DNA of 40,871 nucleotides, from positions 1-40,871 of the forward strand of contig JAFGGR010000160.1 of the NCBI GenBank assembly GCA_016930475.1. Direction: 5' to 3'. Shown here piece after piece: positions 17,198 to 26,271 of the stretch. This stretch comes from Clostridiales bacterium (GTDB lineage: Bacteria; Bacillota; Clostridia; Saccharofermentanales; Saccharofermentanaceae). The notes under the pieces were generated by a model that was given only the letters and a program-made list of their open reading frames with translations, had not been told where the DNA came from and searched no databases. Numbering within the stretch: the stretch's first letter is position 1; the number at the start of each line of letters is the position of its first letter. The position numbers and the translations under genes are program-made.

Positions 17198-18034
17198 TTA
17201 CCATATTCCAGAATAACGTCCGCCGAAAAGGATTGCAAGGATTATCGGCTGATGGATCAGATATACGAACAGCGAATGTCTTCCGATGAATTCGAGCGGA
17301 CGGGAAAGAGCGCGAATAATTTGGGGAGTGTTCGGAAAAGCAGTTTCTCTGTTGATATAGAGCGTACGACCGACGGAGATTCCGATGAGATAAACACCCA
17401 GCCAAGGGATCATCGGGAGATAGTCGCCCATGGAGATCGCGTCTTTCGGCAAGATTCCGAGCGGAAGGAACGCGTACGTATTTAAGTCATTTCGAAGGAT
17501 ACGGATCAACGGTTCGGCCATGAACACGCATAGCGCTGCGATGATCAGTCCGCTGTTGATCAGCGATGAATAGTAAACCGATTTTTTATCTCCTGTTACG
17601 AGGTTCTTTCCCGCATTCATCTCGAGTTTTTCGATGACCCAGCAAATAAAGGTGCCGACCGTAAGCAGGTGAAGGATGTTGAAGAATACAAACAATCCTT
17701 CTTCATGCAGGTCAGAGATGACCCCGACCGCCAATAACGCATATGAAACAAGTGCCATGATCACGGAGATCGCAACGGATCCGATCAACATGCGCAGAGA
17801 CCTCTTGAGATTATTTCGCGAAAAGGTACAACAGATGCCGGAAATTAAAATAAAACAGCATAGAAAAAAAGGTTGAAGGACGTAGTTAAAAAAATCGCCT
17901 TCCTGAAACTCGAAGAGATCGTATCCGAGAAGATATCGTATATCCCATATCAGATGATGGCAAATCATCATGAATATCGCCAGCCCACGAAGGGCATCCA
18001 ACTCAAACGCGCGGTTACTCTTACTCATGCTCAC
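17198..18034 (-). CDS. DUF1624 (heparan-alpha-glucosaminide N-acetyltransferase-like) membrane protein
   Basis: The 278 aa polytopic ORF has an N-terminal RAFELDALRGLAIFMMICHHLIWD, typical of DUF1624. It has a 4 nt overlap with the coaW stop. Confidence 0.7.
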   Translation of the reverse strand: MSMSKSNRAFELDALRGLAIFMMICHHLIWDIRYLLGYDLFEFQEGDFFNYVLQPFFLCCFILISGICCTFSRNNLKRSLRMLIGSVAISVIMALVSYALLAVGVISDLHEEGLFVFFNILHLLTVGTFICWVIEKLEMNAGKNLVTGDKKSVYYSSLINSGLIIAALCVFMAEPLIRILRNDLNTYAFLPLGILPKDAISMGDYLPMIPWLGVYLIGISVGRTLYINRETAFPNTPQIIRALSRPLEFIGRHSLFVYLIHQPIILAILFGGRYSGIW

Positions 18035-18846
18035 TCCGAAATCATCGCGGCACCGATTGCGGTCGCAAATTCAGAGTTCTCGGGCACGATAAATCGGACC
18101 CGGTACAGGTCGGAAAAAACGTTAAAAAGTGCGGCACATTGTGAAACGCGAGTCATTTGACCGGTAAAGACCACATCGGCAAGGCCGACGTTTCTTGCGG
18201 CAAGGACGGCCATCGTGCCGATGGACTGGAATACGAGGTTGAATATGCCGAGCGCCAGATCGGCACGCGTCACGTCATCGGTCATTTTTCCGAAGTTGGA
18301 AGCCGTCGTCGACATCGGCAGTCCGGGAATCTCGATGTTCGAAATATCGGCGATCGACAGGTCGACTCTACTCAAATTGCCTTCGGAAGCCAGCTCCGTT
18401 AATACGTCAAAATCGCGGACATTCAGAAGACTGCTGGACAACCCTAAGACCGTTCCTCCTCCGACCCCTGAGCCGATGATATGCCGCACTTTATCTTCCT
18501 GCGCCTCGACAAAGGCCGTACCGGTACCCATACTGACAACGACGGCATGAGACAGCCCGGACAAGTGAAGGCCGCCGAGCCCGGTAGCGAGGAACTCTTG
18601 AACGCGTATGGTTTTAATGCCTAAAAGATCACCGGTGGGGAACGAAGCCCCCACACCGGTGATCATCAGTTTTGATATATCCGTAATTTGAAGATGGTGA
18701 CTGTCAATGAACTTTCCCAATGCTCCGAACGCAGAGGTAACGGGGTCCGTCGCCTTAACAATCTCGTGCCCGATGGATCTTCCATCCTGAATTCCGACAA
18801 TCTTGGTGGTACTTCCGCCGACATCAAGACCGATCACGATACCCAT
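18031..18846 (-). CDS. coaW: Type II pantothenate kinase
   Basis: The 271 aa ORF has an ASKHA fold: GLDVGGSTTKIVG, SMGTGTAF, GSGVGGGTVLGL, TASNFG and a C-terminal FATAIGAA. This parallels S. aureus CoaW as I recall it. Confidence 0.75.
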   Translation of the reverse strand: MGIVIGLDVGGSTTKIVGIQDGRSIGHEIVKATDPVTSAFGALGKFIDSHHLQITDISKLMITGVGASFPTGDLLGIKTIRVQEFLATGLGGLHLSGLSHAVVVSMGTGTAFVEAQEDKVRHIIGSGVGGGTVLGLSSSLLNVRDFDVLTELASEGNLSRVDLSIADISNIEIPGLPMSTTASNFGKMTDDVTRADLALGIFNLVFQSIGTMAVLAARNVGLADVVFTGQMTRVSQCAALFNVFSDLYRVRFIVPENSEFATAIGAAMISE

Positions 18847-18893
18847 GGCAAGAAGGCTCCCCTCCCGGCATAGATTACGTTAAAGCGAATTCG

Positions 18894-19433
18894 TTAGCGA
18901 GCCATCCTATACTGTTCCGGATACTCGAGTGTATCCTGAGGAGCAAGCTCCTTGTCGACCAGCGAAACGGATCTCGGAACGGCTACAAAGCTGTGTGCCC
19001 GAGCGTCGATCGGCTTAACGTTGCCGTCCATAGCATACGTTGAACCCGAAATAAAGTCAATTACTCGCTGAGCGATCTTCGCATCGACATTTTCAATGTT
19101 GCAGATGACCATGTGTCCCGCTCTCAAGTGATCGCAAACACGCTGAGCCGACTGGATATTGTTCGGCTGCATAATGACCAGCTGTTGCTCACCCGACTTG
19201 ATCGGCACGACCTTCTTTGGCGCGCTCCTCTGCGGTGCCGCATACTGCATCATCGGCTCGGGGCTCATTCCGGTTGTGAATTGCTCCGGCTGTGAATACG
19301 TCTGATGAGTCTCCGGAGCTTCATACTCCTCTTCGGTAGTCTCGTCGTAGTCATATTCACTGTCATAATCGAACTCGGCGTCATCCGGGTATCCGGATAA
19401 TTTGTCAACGATCTTCTTGAAAAAACCTGCCAT
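18894..19433 (-). CDS. sepF: Cell division protein SepF
   Basis: The 179 aa ORF has an N-terminal amphipathic MAGFFKKIVDKL and an acidic linker. The C-terminal SepF core is IMQPNNIQSAQRVCDHLRAGHMVICNIENVDAKIAQRVIDFISGSTYAMDGNVKPI. Confidence 0.9.
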   Translation of the reverse strand: MAGFFKKIVDKLSGYPDDAEFDYDSEYDYDETTEEEYEAPETHQTYSQPEQFTTGMSPEPMMQYAAPQRSAPKKVVPIKSGEQQLVIMQPNNIQSAQRVCDHLRAGHMVICNIENVDAKIAQRVIDFISGSTYAMDGNVKPIDARAHSFVAVPRSVSLVDKELAPQDTLEYPEQYRMAR

Positions 19434-19496
19434 CTTCTATACCTCCAAATATCATCTAATTCACTATTGACTCTCATAATTATTTGAATGAGCTAA

Positions 19497-19549
19497 CTAG
19501 TGAAAAGAATCACTAGGGTCAGTATAGAAGTCTTTGATATTCGGTTCAA
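19497..19549 (-). promoter_or_regulatory. Candidate sepF promoter plus 5'-terminal stem-loop
   Basis: The minus strand reads TTGAAC (19549-19544), a 17 nt spacer, then TATACT (19526-19521). A 7 bp hairpin, CTAGTGA/TCACTAG (19516-19497), follows at about the predicted transcript start. It lies within a 256 nt intergenic gap. Confidence 0.4.
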
Positions 19550-19689
19550 TAGAATGTCGGAACAAGTAAAAGGACTGTAATTGCGCGGAAACATAAAGGG
19601 GCTTTTCTAACAACCTGCTTACAGTAACAGGCCGCAAATGCCCGTAATATCAATATTTTCGAGAAACAAGAGGAAAATAAAAATGCGGA

Positions 19690-20421
19690 TCAGACCGTCC
19701 TCGGCCCGAATATCGATGTGCCGATCCGGATATGGGTCGCGCCGGAGTGGATCGCATCAACATAATCCTGGCTCATGCCCATGGACAGAATCGTCCACGT
19801 ACCCGGATCCCTGACCACAGGCTTCATTCGATCAAAAAGTTCCCGAAGGCCTTCGAAAACCATCCGGGGCGTGTATGAGCAAGGGATAATGGGGGCCATC
19901 GTCATGAAACCGTTCAAAGAGATCCCCGGACAGTCGTTGGCATGTCTTACCGCCGATTCCGCATCCTCCGTCGAAAAGCCGTGTTTGCTATCTTCATCGG
20001 AAACATTGACCTGTAACAGGATCTTTGTGACCATTCCCGCCGCCTCGGAGCGAGAAGATATTTCGTCCAGCAAATGAATCGAATCGACGGAATGAATCAA
20101 AGCGGTCTTGCCGATGATCCGTTTCACCTTGTTCGTTTGAAGCGTCCCGATCAGATGCCAATTCGGTGAAAGTCCTTCGGCCTCAAGCGTTTCCCGCTTC
20201 TCCAGAAGTTCGACCACGCGGTTCTCTCCCAAATCCAATAGACCGAGACGGACGGCGGCGCGAGCATACCCGACCGGAAAAAACTTGGATACTCCGATTA
20301 TTGTCAATTCATCGGGGTTCCTTCCGGCGCGATCCATCTCGTCCCGGACCGCTTTTCGAAAAGCATCCAAGCGAATCTTCATCGCGTCTTCTATTTCCCT
20401 GAAACGTTCCTGCTCCGACAC
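19690..20421 (-). CDS. YggS/YlmE family pyridoxal-phosphate homeostasis protein
   Basis: The 243 aa ORF has the PLP-lysine context IIGVSKF, plus WHLIGTLQTNKVK and IRIGTSIFG. Confidence 0.9.
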   Translation of the reverse strand: MSEQERFREIEDAMKIRLDAFRKAVRDEMDRAGRNPDELTIIGVSKFFPVGYARAAVRLGLLDLGENRVVELLEKRETLEAEGLSPNWHLIGTLQTNKVKRIIGKTALIHSVDSIHLLDEISSRSEAAGMVTKILLQVNVSDEDSKHGFSTEDAESAVRHANDCPGISLNGFMTMAPIIPCSYTPRMVFEGLRELFDRMKPVVRDPGTWTILSMGMSQDYVDAIHSGATHIRIGTSIFGPRTV

Positions 20422-20430
20422 TTTGTCCCC

Positions 20431-22020
20431 CTATTCAACCTTTTCGTCCTCTGACAGGGTGTTCGGATTCGTGATAACGATCGTGCTGGTATTCGGATCG
20501 TTGAAGCCCTGGATCGGACTGATGATTGCGTATTCGCGGTCGTAATCCAGGATTTTGACGCTCAGCGACCGTGCGTAACCGCTGGAGTTGATCAATATCT
20601 TGGCATAACCCAATTCATAATCCGGCTTGATCAAAGCGGTACGGGGTACTCTCAAGCCTTCAGTCACGGAGCGAACGATTTCGACCTCAGCGGTCCTTCG
20701 GTCCAGAAGGCGCTCGATCTGGTTCTGCGACTCAAAGACGACGAAGACGCCGTCGATCGCTTCCGACGAGCGGATCACCAGACAGTCATTGATGACGATC
20801 CCTTCCGAAGGAACCCGGATCGTATGAACGGAATCCTTCGGAAAATCAGAGACACCCATACCCGGGATGACGCAAGCAAAATATTGCAGTTCATTCTGAC
20901 AAATCCGGAGGACCGGCTGATCCTTAACAATATCCAGATCGCCGAAAATGATTCGTTGCGCATTCTTTATATACTTATCGCATTCAAGGGAAGCGATCGT
21001 CATGAGCGTCTCCGGTGTCAATTCCTTCTCCAGACCGTCGAGCTTGAAAGAGACGATCCCCGGCTCTATGGCCGATATGATCGCCGACTCCGCGGCCAGT
21101 TCCTGCTCCAAACGGATCTTATTCGTCCGCAGTGTGGACAGTCGCTCGTCGTCAAAATCGATACTCTGCAATCGCGAGTCTCTCTTGTCCATCAGGACCT
21201 GCAAGGACGCCGAATAGGAAGTCAGATTGGATAGATCTCCGTAAAAGCTGTCGACTCGAATCATGTCGATGAGCGGAATGATTTCCGCAGCAGTCTCGTT
21301 ATAAACGGCGACCGCTCCCATTCCCTTGCCGCGGCTGACCAAATCGCGCTCGATCTCAACGATTTGACTCTGGATACCGCTCAATTCGATCACCGTGTCC
21401 TCCATCCCCTCGGGAATGACCATTGCCAGTCTCTGCGTCTTGGACACCCGGCTTCCCTCGGTGGAAAGTGTGACCAGCGATCCGGATGTGTTCGAGCTCA
21501 CTACGGCTTCCCTTCGAATGATCAGCACCTCCGCGCTTACCGAGTGCTCGACGCTCCCCTGCGTTACGAAAGCGAACTTCGGTTTGGCCGCAACATAATC
21601 CTTCACATAAAAGATGGCAGATGCGGTAACGACCGCCAACAATAAAACAACGATGACCATAAAAAGGGCGCTCGAGATCGCGCGCTTGCGTCGCACCGTT
21701 TGAAGGTGACCCAAGTGCTCTCGAGAGACGGTTCTTTTCGCGGTTTCGCGAGTGCGAACCGACTCCTTATTCGACGGGATCGCTTTGCTCGGAGCAGGCA
21801 TCTTGGTTTGTGCGGAATTCTTGTTCGACGAGCCGGACTTGTTCGGTACGGCTCCCTTGTTCGACGAGCCGGACTTGTTCGGTACGGCTCCCTTTCGAGG
21901 ATCTTTTCCTCCGCTCGAAGCGGCTCCCCTGCCTGAAGCTGTGCCTTTGCCTGAAACTTCACCTTTTCGGGAAGACGTTCCCCTGTTATCGGTCGGTCCG
22001 GGTTTCTTCTGATTGCTCAT
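20431..22020 (-). CDS. Membrane-anchored HlyD/membrane-fusion-protein-like protein with a repetitive basic N-terminal tail
   Basis: The 529 aa ORF starts with about 120 aa of K/S/G/P-rich cytoplasmic tail, then one TM (ALFMVIVVLLLAVVTASAIF). A large extracytoplasmic part follows, with a central predicted coiled-coil stretch flanked by beta-rich segments, which is the periplasmic-adaptor layout. The family call is by architecture only. Confidence 0.55.
   Translation of the reverse strand: MSNQKKPGPTDNRGTSSRKGEVSGKGTASGRGAASSGGKDPRKGAVPNKSGSSNKGAVPNKSGSSNKNSAQTKMPAPSKAIPSNKESVRTRETAKRTVSREHLGHLQTVRRKRAISSALFMVIVVLLLAVVTASAIFYVKDYVAAKPKFAFVTQGSVEHSVSAEVLIIRREAVVSSNTSGSLVTLSTEGSRVSKTQRLAMVIPEGMEDTVIELSGIQSQIVEIERDLVSRGKGMGAVAVYNETAAEIIPLIDMIRVDSFYGDLSNLTSYSASLQVLMDKRDSRLQSIDFDDERLSTLRTNKIRLEQELAAESAIISAIEPGIVSFKLDGLEKELTPETLMTIASLECDKYIKNAQRIIFGDLDIVKDQPVLRICQNELQYFACVIPGMGVSDFPKDSVHTIRVPSEGIVINDCLVIRSSEAIDGVFVVFESQNQIERLLDRRTAEVEIVRSVTEGLRVPRTALIKPDYELGYAKILINSSGYARSLSVKILDYDREYAIISPIQGFNDPNTSTIVITNPNTLSEDEKVE
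21821..21892. repeat. Perfect 36 bp tandem duplication inside the MFP-like gene
   Basis: TTGTTCGACGAGCCGGACTTGTTCGGTACGGCTCCC occurs at 21821-21856 and again at 21857-21892. It is in frame and encodes GAVPNKSGSSNK twice. Confidence 0.95.
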
Positions 22021-23297
22021 ACGGACTGTTCTCCCATTTTGTCTACTGCGATCATAGCGGCCAGGCAGATCTGCTCTGAAACCAGACCGCCTTGCATATA
22101 AGCATTATACGGCGATTTGATCGGCCCGTCAGCGGAAAATTCGATCGACGATCCCTGAACGAAGGTTCCGGCTGCCATTATAACCGGAACATCGTAACCG
22201 GGCATCGCCCAAGGCTCGGGCGTTACGAAAGAATCGACCGGAGAGCAAGCCTGAACGATCCTACAGAACTCCTTCAATTGCTCCGGTCCATGAAATCGAA
22301 TGCTCTGAATGATATCTCCGCGCGGGTCCATCGGCCCCGGTGATGTATCGAATCCGGCTTTTCGAAAAAGAGCGGACGCGAATACTGCGCCCTTCAAACT
22401 CTCGGCGACGACATGCGGTGCCATAAAAAGACCTTGCGCGATCGTTCGATTGAATCCCAGCGAAGGTCCGACATGCCGGCCGACGCCGGGTGCCGATAGT
22501 CGAAAAGCCGCTGCCTCGACCAGGTCACGTCGTCCGACGATATATCCCCCCGAGGGACACAGTCCGCCGCCCGGATTCTTGATGAGGGAGCCGGCGCAGA
22601 GATCCGCGCCATACGAGCAGGGCTCCTCTTCTTCGACGAACTCGCCGTAGCAGTTGTCGACCAGGATGACTGCGTCGGAGCCGGCCGCGCGAACGGCGGA
22701 AATAACGGACCGGATTTCGGAACCCATAAGGCACCTCCGGTCGGAATACCCCTTTGATTTCTGAATAAATACAAGGCGCGTATCGCAATCGACCGCCGCC
22801 CGGATCGCGGCTAAGTCCGGAGAATCATCCGGAAGCAAAGCGACCTCCGCGTACTCGATGCCGTAATCTAAAAGCGACCCCGGAATGCGGGGCTCATTGT
22901 TCTTGGCGATCCCGATGGCAGTCGCCAGGGTATCGTAAGGGGTCCCCGTTACCGAGACCATCTTATCTTTGGGCCTTAATATCCCGAAAAGGCAGGCGGC
23001 GAGGGCTTGCGTGCCGCAACTGATCTGGATGCGGACATAGGCAGATTCTCCGCCAAAAACGGCCGCGTAGATCTTTTCAATCTTGTCCCGGCCGATATCG
23101 TCGTATCCGTAACCGGTTGAAATGCCGAAATCGGATTCGGAAACACGCGCCTTCCGAAAAGCGTCCAGGACGCGTAACTGATTAAACTCACGAATCCGCT
23201 CGATTTGAAGGATCGCCGGAGCGATCGTATCCCGAACCTCTTCAGAAGCCTTGATCACCGCGTCGGATACGCCGAATGCGCGAAAAGGGTTACTCAT
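22017..23297 (-). CDS. YnbB-like PLP-dependent enzyme (methionine gamma-lyase family / aluminium-resistance-protein family)
   Basis: The 426 aa ORF has N-terminal QLRVLDAFRKARVSESDFGISTGYGYDDIGRDKIE, plus GTQALAACLFG and SLIKNPGGGL, typical of this family. Confidence 0.75.
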   Translation of the reverse strand: MSNPFRAFGVSDAVIKASEEVRDTIAPAILQIERIREFNQLRVLDAFRKARVSESDFGISTGYGYDDIGRDKIEKIYAAVFGGESAYVRIQISCGTQALAACLFGILRPKDKMVSVTGTPYDTLATAIGIAKNNEPRIPGSLLDYGIEYAEVALLPDDSPDLAAIRAAVDCDTRLVFIQKSKGYSDRRCLMGSEIRSVISAVRAAGSDAVILVDNCYGEFVEEEEPCSYGADLCAGSLIKNPGGGLCPSGGYIVGRRDLVEAAAFRLSAPGVGRHVGPSLGFNRTIAQGLFMAPHVVAESLKGAVFASALFRKAGFDTSPGPMDPRGDIIQSIRFHGPEQLKEFCRIVQACSPVDSFVTPEPWAMPGYDVPVIMAAGTFVQGSSIEFSADGPIKSPYNAYMQGGLVSEQICLAAMIAVDKMGEQSV

Positions 23298-23728
23298 CAG
23301 ATGCCGTAAACCTCCTCGGAGGTCAGCACCCGAATGCCCGCTTCTTGGAGTTTACTCAAGGCAAGCTCGGGATCCCGGACGCGAATCACGACGACGGCGT
23401 CGTCGGACGCTCTGCCTACGTATGCATATAGGTATTCCAAAGACAGCGAGCCCTGTGAGAGTATCGATAACGCATGATCGAGTGTGCCGGGCTTGTCCGC
23501 GATCGCCAGCGCGATCACGGGTGTACTGCTCACCGTAAAACCGGCCTTGGTCAATACGTCCACCGCCTGCTCCGGCTTATCCAAAATCATCCTGAGAATT
23601 CCGTACTCCGTTGTATCCGCGATATATAGCGCGCGAATATCGATACTATTCTGTCCGAGAGTCCGGGTCACTTCCGCGAGCCTTCCGGACTGATTTTCGA
23701 GAAAAACGTTGATTTGTCTGACCAACAT
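23297..23728 (-). CDS. ACT domain-containing protein (tandem ACT, small-molecule-binding regulator)
   Basis: The 143 aa ORF has two beta-alpha-beta-beta-alpha-beta ACT-like halves (INVFLENQSGRLAEVTRTLGQNSIDI... and IALAIADKPGTLDHALSIL...). This is the usual companion of paaK/iorAB clusters. Confidence 0.8.
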   Translation of the reverse strand: MLVRQINVFLENQSGRLAEVTRTLGQNSIDIRALYIADTTEYGILRMILDKPEQAVDVLTKAGFTVSSTPVIALAIADKPGTLDHALSILSQGSLSLEYLYAYVGRASDDAVVVIRVRDPELALSKLQEAGIRVLTSEEVYGI

Positions 23729-23799
23729 GGCGGCACACCTCCTGATCGCTTGTGCCGTGAACCCACGGCCGCTTGCCTCATATCCTGATTATATCGTAT

Positions 23800-24429
23800 T
23801 TATCGGGCCAAGTCGCGGCCGATGCGGAAAGCTTCCAAATTCATCGGGATCATTTTGGGCTTTCCCGCAAACGTCTCCCGGATCGATTCTTCCCAAACGC
23901 TCTCCGAGATATTCGTGTTCACCGAAAGCGCGCCGAGCATGACGATATTGACCGCCTTGGCACTGCCGACCGATATGGCGGCGTCCTTTGCGTTGATTTC
24001 GACGATGCGGGCTCGGTCGCCGACTGCTTCTTTAATCGTATCGGCAATCCCCTCCGGATACTGTTCTTTCCCGAGCAACACCGGCAGAGGGCGGATCTTT
24101 TCGTTACTGATGATCATGGTGCCGCCTTTTCGAAGAAGAGACGCCCATCGTAAGGCCTCGAGCGACTCGAAACATAGGCAGTAATCGGCAGTTCCCTCGT
24201 CGATGATCGGCGAAAACACCTTGCATCCCATTCGAACATAGGTAATGACCGAACCTCCGCGTTGACTCATGCCATGCACTTCGGAGACCTTGACATCCAG
24301 GCCGGTCTTCATCGCGATCGTGCCGAGAAGTTTTCCGGCGACGAGTGTTCCCTGCCCGCCGACACCGGCCAAAACGATCGACATGCATTTGGAATCCGAT
24401 GGGGTATTCATATCCTGCTCCGCCATCAT
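23800..24429 (-). CDS. iorB: Indolepyruvate:ferredoxin oxidoreductase, beta subunit
   Basis: The ORF has the POR gamma-type domain (IVLAGVGGQGTLVAGKLL...HGMSQRGGSV). I chose the ATG at 24429 because it overlaps the iorA stop (AAATGATG) and has GGGAGGTG upstream. The track ORF adds 19 codons. Confidence 0.85.
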   Translation of the reverse strand: MMAEQDMNTPSDSKCMSIVLAGVGGQGTLVAGKLLGTIAMKTGLDVKVSEVHGMSQRGGSVITYVRMGCKVFSPIIDEGTADYCLCFESLEALRWASLLRKGGTMIISNEKIRPLPVLLGKEQYPEGIADTIKEAVGDRARIVEINAKDAAISVGSAKAVNIVMLGALSVNTNISESVWEESIRETFAGKPKMIPMNLEAFRIGRDLAR

Positions 24430-26204
24430 TTCACCTCCCCGATGCTCAGCGCACCGAATGCGCAAACGTTGACACAAAGGCCGCAACTGTTACAGGTTTC
24501 CGGATCGATGACCGGCTTCTTATCCGGGCCCGCCGTCAGAGCGGGGCACATGATCCGAATACACTGGCCGCAGGTTGTGCACTTGTCTTTGTCGACCACG
24601 GCGAATTTTCCCCTCGGGCCTTTGCCGGTCGGAATGAGTGCACACGGTCTTCTGGCGATGATGACCGAAACGAATGGCTTTTCGAGTTCTTCCTTGATCA
24701 CCCTTTGCGCCTCTTTCGTGTCGACCGGATCGATCACCCGGACAGACCGGACGCCGACGCTCTCACACAAAGCCTCGAGCGAGACGGCAGGGGCGGGATT
24801 TAAACGGATGTCCATGCCTGTCGACGCGTTCTGCTGGTGCCCGGTCATACCGGTGATGGAGTTGTCGAGAATAATGACGGTGATGGAGCTCCCGTTATAG
24901 ACCGCGTTGATAAGATTCGTGATCCCGGAATGAAGGAAGGTGGAGTCGCCGATGACGGCGACGGTCTTCTTGGAGTCGCTCGCGTCGGTCGCCTTATCAA
25001 AGCCGTGTGCCATTCCGATCGAAGCACCCATGCAAACGCAGGCGTCCATCGCCGAGGTCGGCGGCAGGGCGCCGAGCGTATAACAGCCAATGTCTCCCAT
25101 CACTTGTGCCTTCAGCCGCGAAAGCGCCATAAAAAGGCCTTTATGCGGACAACCGGCACACATGACCGGCGGTCGTCCCGGAGCGGTTACAAGACTATCC
25201 TTCGACACCGCCGATGTCGTAACAGTGTCCGGAGCAAGCGCGGCACGAAGCATCGCGGTCGAGTATTCACCGTTCAGTGAAAAGAGCGACTTGCCCTCAC
25301 AGGCGATGCCCATCGTCAGGATTTCGTTTTCAAGGAAAGGATCGAGTTCTTCGACGACGACCAATCGCTTCACCTTTTTCGAAAAGGAGCGGATCAACGC
25401 CTCGGGAAGCGGCCAGATCAAGCCGAGTTTAAGGACGCTCGCGTCGGGGAGCGCCTCTCTAACGTATTGATAAGCCGCGCCGGACGTAATGATCCCGAGG
25501 TCCGACGATCCGTCGATTTCTTCATGAAGGCCGACTCCCGTCGAGGGGTCGGAAGAGTCGTTCGCAATCGCTTCCGTGCGCTTTTCGACGAGCACATGGC
25601 GCTTAACCGCCATCGCGGGCATCATGACATACTTTGCCATGTCCTTCGTGTACGGTTTAACGAGGATGTCGGAGGGATCGGACAGTTCCGTGATCGAGCG
25701 CGAGTGTGCCACGCGTGTCTGGAGCCGCACAAGCACCGGGGTATCATACTTTTCGGAAAGCTCGAAGGCTTTAATAACAAATGACTTACACTCCGCGGAG
25801 TCCGAGGGTTCGAGTATCGGAAGTTTCGCCGCTCTCGCGTAATGACGGCTGTCCTGTTCGTTTTGCGAGCTGTGCATGCCCGGGTCGTCAGCGACGACAA
25901 AAACAAGGCCGCCTCCAATGCCGGTATACGATGCGGTAAACAGGGGATCTGCCGCTACATTGAGGCCGACATGCTTCATGCAGGTCATTGCCCTCGCGCC
26001 CCGGATCGAGGCGCCGATCGCAACCTCCGCACCGACCTTCTCGTTAGTTGCCCATTCGCAATGGATTCGTTCATACTGCGCCGCGGCCTCGGTGATCTCC
26101 GTGCTGGGTGTTCCGGGATAAGAAGAAATCACTTTAACGCCGGCTTCATATGCGCCGCGTGCAACGGCCTCGTTTCCTAATAGGATCTGTCTCAATGGAT
26201 CCAC
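24426..26204 (-). CDS. iorA: Indolepyruvate:ferredoxin oxidoreductase, alpha subunit (TPP and 2x[4Fe-4S])
   Basis: The 592 aa ORF has N-terminal LLGNEAVARGAYEAGVKVISSYPGTPSTEI and the TPP motif GDSTFLHSG...NSITGMTGHQ. The C-terminal ferredoxin motifs are CTTCGQCIRIMCP and CNSCGLCVNVC. Confidence 0.9.
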   Translation of the reverse strand: MDPLRQILLGNEAVARGAYEAGVKVISSYPGTPSTEITEAAAQYERIHCEWATNEKVGAEVAIGASIRGARAMTCMKHVGLNVAADPLFTASYTGIGGGLVFVVADDPGMHSSQNEQDSRHYARAAKLPILEPSDSAECKSFVIKAFELSEKYDTPVLVRLQTRVAHSRSITELSDPSDILVKPYTKDMAKYVMMPAMAVKRHVLVEKRTEAIANDSSDPSTGVGLHEEIDGSSDLGIITSGAAYQYVREALPDASVLKLGLIWPLPEALIRSFSKKVKRLVVVEELDPFLENEILTMGIACEGKSLFSLNGEYSTAMLRAALAPDTVTTSAVSKDSLVTAPGRPPVMCAGCPHKGLFMALSRLKAQVMGDIGCYTLGALPPTSAMDACVCMGASIGMAHGFDKATDASDSKKTVAVIGDSTFLHSGITNLINAVYNGSSITVIILDNSITGMTGHQQNASTGMDIRLNPAPAVSLEALCESVGVRSVRVIDPVDTKEAQRVIKEELEKPFVSVIIARRPCALIPTGKGPRGKFAVVDKDKCTTCGQCIRIMCPALTAGPDKKPVIDPETCNSCGLCVNVCAFGALSIGEVK

Positions 26205-26271
26205 CCCTTTTTCTCGAAAAAATGCTACTCGTCAGTATAACACAATGAAGCGCCGGTCAAAAACAGCAAAA

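Noticed and set aside
24262-24900. 212 aa + ORF, and several other 80-150 aa ORFs, across iorA/iorB
   Set aside because: All are antisense or out of frame relative to iorAB, whose TPP and ferredoxin motifs are unambiguous. These are typical long shadow ORFs of GC-rich coding DNA.
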